64,000 nucleotides of DNA from Acidimicrobiales bacterium (GTDB lineage: Bacteria > Actinomycetota > Acidimicrobiia > Acidimicrobiales > JAKAVM01), in assembly GCA_027452005.1 (NCBI GenBank), contig DAIDHF010000002.1, positions 661 to 64,660 on the forward strand, read 5' to 3'. The translations under genes were made by a program, and so were the position numbers. This document shows positions 38,326-47,892 of this stretch, piece after piece (position 1 is the stretch's first letter; every line of letters begins with the position of its first letter). The notes under the pieces were generated by a model, which saw nothing but the letters and a program-made list of their open reading frames with translations, was not told where the DNA came from and made no database searches.

Positions 38326-39834
38326 GTGAACATAAACTTGCGTCCAGGGGGGAAGAAGTCGATCACGAAGACACGCTGGCACACAGCTGCGTCTGGGTCA
38401 CTGTGGTCACTTGGCCTCTTGTTGGTACTAAGCGCGACCATGGTCCCATTTCGGGAACACCTCAGTGTGGCGACAACTGCCCTTGTACTCGTGGTACCTG
38501 TTGTAGTTGGCGTGTCAATCGGGGGGTTTGTAGCCGGGATACTTGCAACCCTTGCCGGCTTTTTGACTTATGACTTTATATTTATTCCTCCCTATTACAC
38601 GTTGTCGGTTGGCCAGACCCAGAACTGGGCGGCGCTCGTGGTATACGTAATTGTAATGACAGTTGTAGCTCAGGTGGTTTCCAGGTTAGACAGCGCGAGG
38701 GCCGAGGCAAAGCGCCGCGCGGGCGAGCTCAGGAGGCTCTTTGATATCTCTGAGCTTCTTGTAAAAGAGTCACCCGAGCCAGAGCTGGTTGAGACAATTG
38801 TGAAGACAGTCAAACAGGCCTTTAACTTGAGCGGGGCAGCGCTTTTGCTACCGACCGGACACGCCCTAGAACTAGTGGCCAGCGCTGGCGATCGGCTTCA
38901 AGAAAATGAACTTGCCCGTCTCACATCCGAGGCCCAACAGCCGGTAACCCTTGGATCTTACGGAGAACCCGACCAAGACTTCCAGGTAATTGCTCTTTCA
39001 CCATCTGGAGATCCCATTGGACTACTTGTCCTAAGGGGACACTTGGCCACCCGTGGAGACCAAGATCTACTTCGGGCATTTACCAACCACCTTGCATTGG
39101 CCCTAGAAAGAAATCAGATGCGCAACAAGGCCATGCGAGCCCAGCTCTTGGAGGAAACCGACAAGTTACGACGGTCTCTAGTTGGGGCTGTCTCTCACGA
39201 CCTACGAAGTCCCCTAGCCACTATCAAGGTTTCCACGTCTACACTACTGGACCCAGACTCTCCGGTAGGATCAAGTGAAGCTCAAGAACTTATAAGGCTA
39301 ATTGACATGCAGGCTGATCGACTAGACCGATTGGTCACCAACTTACTCGACATGACCAGGATTCAATCCGGATCTCTTGAGCTTAGACGTCGACCTATTA
39401 TGGTTGACGATCTAATTTGCGAAGCCCTCGCGGTTGTATGCCCACCCACTGAGAAACATTCAGTTTTATTCCAGCCAACTCCAGGGATCCCGTTGGTCGA
39501 TGTGGATAGCGTACTTATCTGCCAGGTACTGATTAATCTTATAGACAACGCTATACGCTATAGTGCTCCCGGAGACCCCATTGTAGTTTCTGCGCAAGTA
39601 TTCTCAGATGAGCTCCTGGTAGTGTCTGTGCAAGATTGCGGCCCGGGAATTCCCGCTGACGAACGAGAGGGTATCTTTCAGATGTTCAACCGTCGTGAAT
39701 CTGGTGGACGAGGTGGATTGGGCCTCGCGATTGCCAAATCCTTCGTCGTCGCCCATGGGCAAAGAATCTGGGTAGATTCAAGTCCTAACGGGGGATCGTG
39801 TTTCACGTTCACGCTCCCAATTTCCAAGACATAA
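38326..39834 (+). CDS. kdpD: KdpD-type sensor histidine kinase, C-terminal half only (DUF4118 membrane module, GAF-like, HisKA, HATPase)
   Basis: 502-aa ORF with the KdpD-style 4-TM block (LSVATTALVLVVPVVVGVSIGGFVAGILATLAGFLTYDFIFIPPYYTL...). It has the H-box LVGAVSHDLRSPLATI, the N-box NLIDNAIRYS and the G-box GGLGLAIAKSFV. It lacks the KdpD N-terminal and Usp domains, which are encoded separately at 46664-47857. Confidence 0.8.
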   Translation: MNINLRPGGKKSITKTRWHTAASGSLWSLGLLLVLSATMVPFREHLSVATTALVLVVPVVVGVSIGGFVAGILATLAGFLTYDFIFIPPYYTLSVGQTQNWAALVVYVIVMTVVAQVVSRLDSARAEAKRRAGELRRLFDISELLVKESPEPELVETIVKTVKQAFNLSGAALLLPTGHALELVASAGDRLQENELARLTSEAQQPVTLGSYGEPDQDFQVIALSPSGDPIGLLVLRGHLATRGDQDLLRAFTNHLALALERNQMRNKAMRAQLLEETDKLRRSLVGAVSHDLRSPLATIKVSTSTLLDPDSPVGSSEAQELIRLIDMQADRLDRLVTNLLDMTRIQSGSLELRRRPIMVDDLICEALAVVCPPTEKHSVLFQPTPGIPLVDVDSVLICQVLINLIDNAIRYSAPGDPIVVSAQVFSDELLVVSVQDCGPGIPADEREGIFQMFNRRESGGRGGLGLAIAKSFVVAHGQRIWVDSSPNGGSCFTFTLPISKT

Positions 39835-39907
39835 TATGTATCCAGATTGATCGTTTGGCCTGGGCTCAAAAAAGTGCGTGATCTCAAGCTTGCCAGAACG
39901 CTGGCAA

Positions 39908-40960
39908 CTAATTTAGGTGATCTTTGAAAGCATTCGCTGCGGGCAAGACTTTAGATCCGTTGTCGAGAACAATCGCCCAACCGGTGTTTCCACTCCCCGT
40001 TACACCCGGGAACGGGTAACGAGGAGAAAAGATCCACGAGGTAGACCCAAGCAGTCCTAGGTGACGCTCAGCGTCGACCTCCCCGAGGACGCCCTGATAG
40101 ATAGTTGCCTGGGTCTCAAGAGTACCTTGCACCTCTCCAGCCCCCGATGCGGGAGCGACACCATTACTGGCTCCCCACTCTTCGAGGAATATCGGTTTCC
40201 CCTGGGCATAGTGGCGAACCTGAGAAAGAAATGAGCGGGTCCAAAGTTGAGGGCTCTTACCACTTTTCAAGGCCTGGGTGTACCCATAGAGGTGAGGAGA
40301 AACCACGTTTACAATTCCAATTATGTAGCTGAGGTCCGAGGGCCGTTGCCAGATCAGCTGGCCCGTGGGTGGTTGAAACTTCCACCCCCCGATCGTTACC
40401 GGAATTCCCGGGGCAACTTGATGGGCGTAGCTAGCTGCGGCCTTTAGCTCACTGAGGATTGTTGGACTGTTGACAGTGGGCTCGTTGGCAATATCTATCA
40501 TCCACAGGGCGGGCAACTTTGCCAACCCGTAGGTTTGGAGCAGGAGCTGCTCTTGAGTTTTCCAGGGCTCTCGGGCTGATCCCGAGGTAAGTTGAATAAT
40601 CTTGATCCCGCTTGCGGCGGCCTGATTATAAACATTGCGATACTCGGCCTTGGTGTACTCCTGCCCGGTAACCTGCTCGCGCGAGTCAACAATCCGGATA
40701 ACCTTGATTCCTAACTGGCGGGCAAAGTCGAAAAAGTCACCTCCACTCGAGGTTCTAAGAGTGTACGGGGTGCCCGGTACCAGGCTGGACATGTCTACGT
40801 TGACGCCGTTCAAAGACCCGGTAGTTTCTTTTGGGGTGCCAGGTGACTTTAGCGGGGGTGTCGAACACGATGCCGCGCTGGCAAGGAGGGCGAAAATAAC
40901 TAACCCGCTAGCTCCTCGCCTAAGTTTGCCCGCTTTAGTTCGTATTGAAGACCTGTACAT
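39908..40960 (-). CDS. Secreted lipoprotein, clan GH-A (GH5-like) glycoside hydrolase
   Basis: 350-aa ORF with a lipobox LLASAASCS. The candidate acid/base motif is DIANEPT and the candidate nucleophile motif is IFLEEWG, with spacing typical of (beta/alpha)8 GH5 enzymes. Confidence 0.6.
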   Translation of the reverse strand: MYRSSIRTKAGKLRRGASGLVIFALLASAASCSTPPLKSPGTPKETTGSLNGVNVDMSSLVPGTPYTLRTSSGGDFFDFARQLGIKVIRIVDSREQVTGQEYTKAEYRNVYNQAAASGIKIIQLTSGSAREPWKTQEQLLLQTYGLAKLPALWMIDIANEPTVNSPTILSELKAAASYAHQVAPGIPVTIGGWKFQPPTGQLIWQRPSDLSYIIGIVNVVSPHLYGYTQALKSGKSPQLWTRSFLSQVRHYAQGKPIFLEEWGASNGVAPASGAGEVQGTLETQATIYQGVLGEVDAERHLGLLGSTSWIFSPRYPFPGVTGSGNTGWAIVLDNGSKVLPAANAFKDHLN

Positions 40961-41098
40961 TTATTTTGGAACTTTCTCATTTCACGAAGTTGTTCAATAT
41001 CAACCTGAATGCTGGCCTGCATCTTAACACGACCTACCAGCCGATGTTTCCAAAGCTACCAGCTTTCCATCTTGAATCGTCATGGGGTAATTTGTGAT

Positions 41099-41776
41099 GT
41101 GACTAAAGTTCTAGTCGTTGACGACGACCGGGCTCTTCAAAAAGCGCTAAAGGTTGGTCTGACAGCGAGAGGTCATGTGGTGACTGCCGCTCTCACCGGC
41201 GAAGAGGGGCTTTCAAAGTTTGCCCTCGAACAGCCCGAGTTACTTATTCTCGATCTTGGCCTTCCAGACCTTGATGGCCTTGAAATATGTCACAGGATTA
41301 GGACATTTAGTGAAACGCCGATCATTGTATTGTCGGCTATTGGACTTGAAGATCGCAAAGTCTTAGCACTTGACAGCGGTGCAAACGACTATGTGACAAA
41401 GCCATTTGGTATGGCCGAATTGGAAGCCAGAATTCGGACCGCACTTAGGGGGCGACAGCCCGAATTTGGCCCAGAATGCAGCCATCTAAAACAGGGCGAT
41501 CTTGAGATAGACCTGGTCCATCATGAGGCTCGATACCAAGGTAGGTCCCTGGAGCTGACCTCCAAAGAATTTGACCTTCTTTTATTTTTTGCCAAGAATG
41601 CCGGAAAGGTGTGTACCCACCAAATGATCTTGGGTCACGTATGGGGATCTTCTTACTCTAGTGAGGCAGAGTACTTGCGGGTATATGTCTACCGACTCAG
41701 ACGTAAATTGGGTGACTCTGGGAACGAGTTACTGCGTACGGCCCCAGGAATAGGTTACTCGATCCACCTAGACTAG
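41099..41776 (+). CDS. kdpE: OmpR-family response regulator KdpE
   Basis: The GTG start at 41099 gives VTKVLVVDDDRALQKAL..., whereas the ORF-track start at 41009 adds an implausible leader. It has the receiver Asp (ILDLGLPDLDG) and a winged-helix C-terminus (LTSKEFDLLLFFAKNAGKVCTHQMIL...YVYRLRRKL). It lies directly upstream of kdpFABC. Confidence 0.85.
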   Translation: MTKVLVVDDDRALQKALKVGLTARGHVVTAALTGEEGLSKFALEQPELLILDLGLPDLDGLEICHRIRTFSETPIIVLSAIGLEDRKVLALDSGANDYVTKPFGMAELEARIRTALRGRQPEFGPECSHLKQGDLEIDLVHHEARYQGRSLELTSKEFDLLLFFAKNAGKVCTHQMILGHVWGSSYSSEAEYLRVYVYRLRRKLGDSGNELLRTAPGIGYSIHLD

Positions 41777-41807
41777 CCAGCCATAACATTTTCGTTATCG
41801 CACCGCT

Positions 41808-41828
41808 AAATTTATAGATTTTTTATGT
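41808..41828 (+). promoter_or_regulatory. Candidate KdpE operator (two AT-rich half-sites)
   Basis: AAATTTATAGATTTTTTATGT contains TTTATA, 4-5 nt, then TTTAT(G). This resembles my recollection of the E. coli kdpFABC operator (TTTATA-N5-TTTACA). It lies about 45 bp upstream of the first kdp cistron. A second AATTTATA occurs at about 41852. Confidence 0.3.
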
Positions 41829-41873
41829 CCTAGACCCGGTGCTTCATGCCTAATTTATATTGGACTATCTACC

Positions 41874-41966
41874 ATGAGGATCATGGCAGATATTGTTTCG
41901 TTTCTTTCAGTAGCTGGATTCCTCGGAGTCATGATCGGCTTAACTAAAGCCCTGGGTAAACTGTGA
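41874..41966 (+). CDS. Candidate 30-aa hydrophobic peptide preceding kdpF
   Basis: Too short for the ORF track. My translation gives MRIMADIVSFLSVAGFLGVMIGLTKALGKL with one TM helix. Its TGA (41964-41966) overlaps the kdpF GTG (41963) as GTGA. No clear Shine-Dalgarno is present. Confidence 0.35.
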   Translation: MRIMADIVSFLSVAGFLGVMIGLTKALGKL

Positions 41967-42052
41967 CCCTCGTTCAGATCCTGCTATTGATTTTGTCTGT
42001 GGCCATCTTTATCTACTTGGGTATTGCTCTACTAAACCCGGAGAAATTCTGA
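41963..42052 (+). CDS. kdpF: K+-transporting ATPase subunit F
   Basis: Too short for the ORF track. My translation gives VTLVQILLLILSVAIFIYLGIALLNPEKF (29 aa). It matches the KdpF pattern (..YL..ALL.PEKF). Its stop overlaps the kdpA ATG (TGATG). Confidence 0.75.
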   Translation: MTLVQILLLILSVAIFIYLGIALLNPEKF

Positions 42053-43743
42053 TGGGCTATATCGCCGAACTTGTAGTCGTGGTCCCTATTCTCGCCCTTG
42101 TCTGGCGATTCTTGGGCGCTTATATGACCGGCGTGTACGAGGGACGTTACCGTTTCCTGCGTTGGATAGAGTCCCCGATATATCGAGTCCTGTCTGTAGA
42201 TCCTAACAGTGAGCAGTCCTGGCAACGATATGCCGGTTCTTTGATTGTATTTTCCGCGGTCGCCCTAGTGGTTACCTATACCATCATGCGCTTGCAGGGA
42301 CACTTGCCGCTCAACCCCCAGCACCTAGGTGGAGTTACTCCGGCCCTGGCATGGAACACGGCGGTATCTTTTGTGACCAACACCAACTGGCAAAACTACG
42401 CGGGCGAGTCCACCATGTCATATCTTTCCCAGATGGCCGCATTAACAGTCCAGCAATTTGTGAGTGCATCTGTAGGAGTTGCAGTAGCCGTGGCCTTGAT
42501 TCGAGGGCTGTCCCGAAAGGACTCTAAGACCATCGGAAATTTTTGGGTTGATTTGGTACGCGGAGTCTTTTATATCTTGATTCCGATTTCCTTTGTCTCA
42601 GGGATAGTATTTGTGGCTCAAGGGGCCGTACAAACCCTTTCTGGACCGGCCAAAGTTCATAATTCACTAAACGGAGTGCATCAAATAATCGCCCGAGGTC
42701 CTGTTGGATTTATGGAACCTATCAAGGAGCTTGGCACAAATGGGGGCGGGTTTTTCAATGCAAATGGGGCGCATCCATTCGAGAATCCCACCGCACTTAC
42801 TTTGTTGCTATCGGTGATATTAATTCTGGCGATTCCCGTGGCCCTGACCTATACGTTTGGTCAGATGGTGAAAAGCGGTCGTCAAGGGGTTGCCCTCTTG
42901 GCCACTATGACGATCATCTTTGGGGTCTGGCTTGGATTTACCACTTATGCGGAGACTCAACCAAACCCGGCCGTTGCAAGTGCGCACGTGGTGAGTCAGC
43001 GGACCGGAAACATGGTTGGCAAGGAGGTCAGGTTTGGTCCACGCCTAACGTCTCTATACAACGTTGCCTCAACACAGACCTCAACTGGATCGGTAGCCGG
43101 AGCAAACGATTCTTTCAATCCAATGGGTGGCTTTGGACTACTAACCGGGATGATGCTTGGTGAAGTATCTCCAGGAGGAGTGGGAAGTGGGTTATATACA
43201 ATACTTCTTTTTGCGATAATAACCGTGTTTATCGGAGGCCTGATGGTTGGGAGGACTCCTGAGTACTTGGGTAAGAAAATTCAGTCCAGGGAGGTAAAAT
43301 TGGCTGCTCTAGGAGTCCTCGTGATGCCTATAACCGTCTTGATTCTCACGGCAGTTGCCGTGTCAGTACATGGGGGTCAGAGTGCAATTGGGAACAAGGG
43401 TCCTCATGGATTTACAGAAATCCTCTACGCATTTACTTCCCAGGCCAACAACAACGGGTCAGCATTTGCCGGACTCAATGGCAATAGTGCTTTTTATAAC
43501 ATAACAGGTGGACTTGCTATGCTTGTCGGGCGCTTTGCGGTGATGCTTCCATGCCTGTGTCTGTCAGGTGCCCTAGCAGATAAAGGCGTAGTCCCGGCCG
43601 GCCCGGGAACATTTCGCTCAGACACTCCCCTGTTTTCAGGACTACTCATTGGGGTTATCTTGATCGTTGGAGGCCTTACATTTTTCCCGGCCGTTTCCCT
43701 TGGGCCAATTGTAGAACAATTGAGCCACGGAAAGCTTTTTTGA
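42052..43743 (+). CDS. kdpA: K+-transporting ATPase subunit A
   Basis: 563-aa polytopic ORF with KdpA selectivity-filter-type segments ([43 protein letters not shown]). Confidence 0.92.
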   Translation: MGYIAELVVVVPILALVWRFLGAYMTGVYEGRYRFLRWIESPIYRVLSVDPNSEQSWQRYAGSLIVFSAVALVVTYTIMRLQGHLPLNPQHLGGVTPALAWNTAVSFVTNTNWQNYAGESTMSYLSQMAALTVQQFVSASVGVAVAVALIRGLSRKDSKTIGNFWVDLVRGVFYILIPISFVSGIVFVAQGAVQTLSGPAKVHNSLNGVHQIIARGPVGFMEPIKELGTNGGGFFNANGAHPFENPTALTLLLSVILILAIPVALTYTFGQMVKSGRQGVALLATMTIIFGVWLGFTTYAETQPNPAVASAHVVSQRTGNMVGKEVRFGPRLTSLYNVASTQTSTGSVAGANDSFNPMGGFGLLTGMMLGEVSPGGVGSGLYTILLFAIITVFIGGLMVGRTPEYLGKKIQSREVKLAALGVLVMPITVLILTAVAVSVHGGQSAIGNKGPHGFTEILYAFTSQANNNGSAFAGLNGNSAFYNITGGLAMLVGRFAVMLPCLCLSGALADKGVVPAGPGTFRSDTPLFSGLLIGVILIVGGLTFFPAVSLGPIVEQLSHGKLF

Positions 43744-45812
43744 TGAACACCAACGCGCAACAAGTCGACAACACCTCTAGCACACAACGCTCGGGAGGTC
43801 TTGCAAGACCTCGGGGACTCTTTGACCCGGAGATTCTTCTTCAGGCAACCTTTGACGCATTCAAGAAATTTGATCCCAGGCTACAACTCAAAAACCCGGT
43901 GATGTTTGTGGTGTTAGTCGGGACCATGGTGACTTTGCTTGAGGCCATAGCGCACCCGAGTATTTTTAGTTGGAGCATAACGTTCTGGCTGTTTCTAACG
44001 GTCTTGTTTGCTAACTTTGCTGAGGCACTAGCAGAAGGACGTGGCAAGGCTCAGGCCGATACCCTTAGACGGATGCGGGCCGATACTCAAGCCAGACAGC
44101 TACTTGATGATGGTTCCCTAAGGCAGGTCCCAGCGTCCCAGCTCACCAAGGGAGACCTCGTCGTCTGCGAGGCTGGTGATCAAATCCCCTCGGATGGAGA
44201 GATCATCGAGGGTGTAGCCTCGGTTGACGAGTCTGCCATAACCGGCGAATCTGCCCCGGTTATTCGTGAGTCTGGTGGAGACCGGTCTGCGGTAACCGGG
44301 GGCACAAAGGTCCTATCAGATCGCATCGTAATAAGGATTACTGCCGAGCGTGGACATACCTTTATGGATCGAATGATCGCCCTGGTTGAAGGGGCTAACC
44401 GCCAGAAAACCCCAAACGAAATTGCCCTTACAATCTTGCTATCCGCTTTGACGATCGTCTTTTTACCAGTTGTCGTGACCTTAGAGCCATTTGGCCATTT
44501 TGCGGGAACGTCCGTGTCAGTCGTGATCTTGGTAGCCCTCCTGGTGTGTCTTATTCCAACAACAATCGGGGCGTTGCTTTCAGCAATTGGGATCGCCGGG
44601 ATGGACCGATTGGTACAGCGAAACGTGTTAGCAATGAGCGGTCGGGCGGTTGAGGCTGCCGGGGATGTTCAGACTTTGTTGCTAGATAAGACAGGAACAA
44701 TCACACTCGGAAACCGGATGGCTGCTGCCTTTATTCCCACTGGGGGACACCAAGAGCAAGAACTTGCCGAGGCCGCGCAACTTTCGTCCCTGGCCGATGA
44801 GACTCCCGAAGGACGCTCAATAGTAGTCCTGGCCAAAGAGAGATTTGCCCTACGTGAGCGTGACCTAGGCCAGTCCCGCCAGTTCATTGCGTTTTCAGCC
44901 ACCACGAGAATGTCAGGTCTCGACTTAGGCGACAGGCGAATTCGTAAGGGAGCCGCCGAGTCCGTCTGCAACTGGGTGCGCGACCAGGGAGGGACAGTCC
45001 CGGGTGAACTTGACGAGATTGTCGAGAGAGTTGCCAAGGCCGGTTCTACTCCGTTGGTCGTGGCCGATGGCAAAGATGTACTCGGTGTAATTGAGCTAAA
45101 GGACGTCGTGAAAGACGGGATTCGCGAGAGGTTCGATCAGCTAAGAGCAATTGGAATAAGAACCGTAATGATAACTGGAGATAATCCCTTGACTGCTGCA
45201 GCTATCGCCACCGAGGCCGGGGTCGACGACTATCTGGCCCAGGCAACTCCTGAGGCCAAGCTGGAGTTGATTAGAGCTCAACAGAAAGGGGGTCGTCTCG
45301 TGGCAATGACCGGGGATGGAACTAACGATGCCCCGGCCTTGGCCCAGGCCGACGTGGGTGTAGCTATGAACAGTGGAACGACCGCTGCAAAGGAAGCTGG
45401 CAACATGGTCGACTTGGACTCCAATCCGACCAAGTTGATCGACATTGTGGAGGTCGGCAAACAACTTCTAATTACACGAGGATCACTTACGACCTTTTCA
45501 ATCGCCAATGACGTGGCCAAGTATTTTGCGATAATACCGGCCCTGTTTGTTGCCAGTTACCCTCAGTTGAAAGCCCTAAACATTATGCGCCTGCACAGTC
45601 CCCAGAGTGCCGTCCTGTCCGCGGTTATCTTTAACGCCCTAGTAATTATTGCCCTGATCCCCTTGGCACTTCGCGGGGTTAGGTGGCGACCCTCTAATGC
45701 CACATCGATTCTTCGACGTAACGTCATGGTATATGGGGTTGGCGGGGTGATCGTCCCGTTTATCTTTATCAAGCTAATTGATCTTCTATTGACCTCCCTG
45801 GGGTGGTATTGA
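43743..45812 (+). CDS. kdpB: K+-transporting P-type ATPase subunit B
   Basis: It has the P-type motifs [23 protein letters not shown] and [24 protein letters not shown] at 43743 overlaps the kdpA stop (TGATG). The ORF track starts one codon earlier, at TTG 43740. Confidence 0.93.
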   Translation: MNTNAQQVDNTSSTQRSGGLARPRGLFDPEILLQATFDAFKKFDPRLQLKNPVMFVVLVGTMVTLLEAIAHPSIFSWSITFWLFLTVLFANFAEALAEGRGKAQADTLRRMRADTQARQLLDDGSLRQVPASQLTKGDLVVCEAGDQIPSDGEIIEGVASVDESAITGESAPVIRESGGDRSAVTGGTKVLSDRIVIRITAERGHTFMDRMIALVEGANRQKTPNEIALTILLSALTIVFLPVVVTLEPFGHFAGTSVSVVILVALLVCLIPTTIGALLSAIGIAGMDRLVQRNVLAMSGRAVEAAGDVQTLLLDKTGTITLGNRMAAAFIPTGGHQEQELAEAAQLSSLADETPEGRSIVVLAKERFALRERDLGQSRQFIAFSATTRMSGLDLGDRRIRKGAAESVCNWVRDQGGTVPGELDEIVERVAKAGSTPLVVADGKDVLGVIELKDVVKDGIRERFDQLRAIGIRTVMITGDNPLTAAAIATEAGVDDYLAQATPEAKLELIRAQQKGGRLVAMTGDGTNDAPALAQADVGVAMNSGTTAAKEAGNMVDLDSNPTKLIDIVEVGKQLLITRGSLTTFSIANDVAKYFAIIPALFVASYPQLKALNIMRLHSPQSAVLSAVIFNALVIIALIPLALRGVRWRPSNATSILRRNVMVYGVGGVIVPFIFIKLIDLLLTSLGWY

Positions 45813-46363
45813 TGATCTTGAACCTCCGCCGAGCCTTGGTGGCGTCCGTTGTCTTTTTGGTACTGTGTGGCCTTCTATACCCATTAGCAGGGACTGGAAT
45901 ATCTCAACTATTTTTCGCCAGGCAGGCCAACGGCTCACTAACTCCGTACGGATCTTCCCTAATTGGTCAGGTCTGGACCGGACCCGGCTGGTTTCATGGA
46001 CGGCCCGACGGATCAATCATAACTACTGGACCGGGAGGTGTACTGGTCTCTGGAACCAATCAACCCGGGCCACGTTCAAAAGCCCTCGCCAGCCAAGTAG
46101 CCAAAACCGCCCAGACTCTCAAGAGGGAAGGAGTAATCCCGACCAATGACCTCGTTACAACTTCGGGAAGTCTCCTTGACCCAGATATAAGTCCTCGAGA
46201 CGCATTCGCTCAGATGAGGGCCCTATCCGCGGCTAGGTCAGTCCCGGAAAGCCAGCTTAGGCGCCTAATTGACGGTCAAATTCACGGCAAGCTACTCGGA
46301 TTCATTGGACGGCAATACGTTGACGTGCTCTCGCTCAACATTGCACTATCCCGATTGAAGTGA
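45812..46363 (+). CDS. kdpC: K+-transporting ATPase subunit C
   Basis: [43 protein letters not shown] and C-terminal DLVTTSGSLLDPDISP fit KdpC. ATG at 45812 overlaps the kdpB stop. The ORF track uses GTG 45803. Confidence 0.88.
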   Translation: MILNLRRALVASVVFLVLCGLLYPLAGTGISQLFFARQANGSLTPYGSSLIGQVWTGPGWFHGRPDGSIITTGPGGVLVSGTNQPGPRSKALASQVAKTAQTLKREGVIPTNDLVTTSGSLLDPDISPRDAFAQMRALSAARSVPESQLRRLIDGQIHGKLLGFIGRQYVDVLSLNIALSRLK

Positions 46364-46674
46364 CCACGATTCCTCCACAGGCCAATTGGGGAGGGAACCC
46401 ACATGTCAATGACCTAGCCCAAGCCAGACCACGAAGCCGGATCAAGGCGACTGGAACTATCACCAGACAGACCTTGACATTAGTGGCTACCAGCCCGTCG
46501 ATGCTATTCTCATTTTCCGACGGCTCGGTTGAAATCGGACTACTGTTTATTGGGCAGCGGTATGTGCCTGGATTGGCGGTTGGGGTTAGATGTCAAGTTG
46601 AAGGAACCGCACAGTACTGGGCCGGAAACCTGGTTATCTGGAACCCGATCTACGAGTTTATCTATGATGAGTGA
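46360..46674 (+). CDS. Small OB-fold-like protein embedded in the kdp operon
   Basis: 104-aa ORF whose GTG start overlaps the kdpC stop (GTGA). IKATGTITRQTL...FSFSDGSVEIGLLFIGQRYVPGLAVGVRCQVEGTAQYWAGNLVIWNPIYEFI has the strand pattern of small actinobacterial OB-fold proteins (..D.tG.i.l.F.G.r.ipG...G....v.G......g.l.i.NP.Y.l). Confidence 0.6.
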   Translation: MTTIPPQANWGGNPHVNDLAQARPRSRIKATGTITRQTLTLVATSPSMLFSFSDGSVEIGLLFIGQRYVPGLAVGVRCQVEGTAQYWAGNLVIWNPIYEFIYDE

Positions 46675-47857
46675 TCCGAAAAACTTGAACCGTCCTCAAG
46701 ACCTGGTAGAAGTTGACGAGTTGGCTGGAGTAGTAGAGGCTGCCGGGCACTTTCGGATCTATCTTGGGGCATGTGCTGGGGTCGGGAAAACCTATGCCAT
46801 GCTCAATGAAGGACACCGACGGGCCAGTCGAGGAACCAAGGTAGTTATTGGATTTGTCGAGCACCATAACCGAGAGTTGACCAAGCAACTTATCGAGGGC
46901 TTGCCCCTTGTAGATCGACAACAGATAAACCACAGAGGGGTTATCTTCGAGGAGATGGACCTTGAGGCTATATTGGCCCTTCGACCACAGGTTGTTCTTG
47001 TAGATGAACTAGCCCACACTAATGTCCCCGGATCTGGGCACAATGAAAAGAGGTGGCAGGATGTCCTAGAGATTCTCGACGCCGGGATTGACGTGATCAC
47101 GACAGTCAACATTCAACACCTTGAGAGTATTGCCGATCCAGTAGAACAGATGACCGGAACGGTAGTGCGGGAACGAGTACCAGACTGGGTAGTCCGCAAA
47201 GCCGACCAGATTGAACTCGTTGACTCATCTCCCGAGGCTTTACGCCGTAGGATGCTACACGGGAACATCTATCCCAAAGACAAGGTACCACAGGCACTAT
47301 CTCACTTCTTCCGGGTTGAGAATCTAAATGCCCTTAGAGAACTCGCTTTACGATTTTTGGCAGATGCGACTGAAGAAGAACTCTTAGAAGGCCTGAAAAA
47401 AGAACACTCTAACGTGTTATGGGAGACAACAGAGCGAATCATGGTGGCAGTATCTCCGTCCCCGGGGACGAGATTTCTGGTCAGACGAGCCGCTCGAATT
47501 GCAAGCCGGGTAAAAGGCGAGCTTGAAGTAGTTCACGTGTCAACTGAAGAGGAAACCAGCCGGTCCAATACCAGCGTGCTTCGAGAGCTTCGTGAACTGT
47601 GCATCGACGTGGGGGGTAGGTGGCACGAGATAGAGGGACACGACGTAGCCCGAGACCTAATTAGTTTTGCCCAGGACAATCAAATAACACAAATTGTCTT
47701 GGCCTCAAGTAGTCGTAGGCTTTGGCAACGTGTACTTGGCAGAGGTTCAACGGTAAGAAAGGTTCTCAGGTATGCCGGTGCTGCAGGAGTTGATGTACAC
47801 GTAATATCGCTTAATAGATCGGCGGAGAACCTTGGCGAAACTCCACAGATTGATTGA
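46664..47857 (+). CDS. kdpD: KdpD N-terminal sensor domain plus Usp domain, no membrane or kinase part
   Basis: The ATG start at 46664 overlaps the OB-fold ORF by 11 nt, whereas the ORF-track start at 46529 is an out-of-context extension. FRIYLGACAGVGKTYAMLNEG, VDELAHTN, KRWQDVLEILDAGIDVITTVNIQHLES and VRERVPDWVV match the KdpD N-terminal (Walker-like) domain. A Usp-like RIMVAVSPSPGTRFLVRRAARIA...VVHV follows. The ORF ends without TM helices. Confidence 0.85.
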   Translation: MMSDPKNLNRPQDLVEVDELAGVVEAAGHFRIYLGACAGVGKTYAMLNEGHRRASRGTKVVIGFVEHHNRELTKQLIEGLPLVDRQQINHRGVIFEEMDLEAILALRPQVVLVDELAHTNVPGSGHNEKRWQDVLEILDAGIDVITTVNIQHLESIADPVEQMTGTVVRERVPDWVVRKADQIELVDSSPEALRRRMLHGNIYPKDKVPQALSHFFRVENLNALRELALRFLADATEEELLEGLKKEHSNVLWETTERIMVAVSPSPGTRFLVRRAARIASRVKGELEVVHVSTEEETSRSNTSVLRELRELCIDVGGRWHEIEGHDVARDLISFAQDNQITQIVLASSSRRLWQRVLGRGSTVRKVLRYAGAAGVDVHVISLNRSAENLGETPQID

Positions 47858-47892
47858 GGAAAAATCCGCTAACTAGTCAGAGCGAAAAGACG

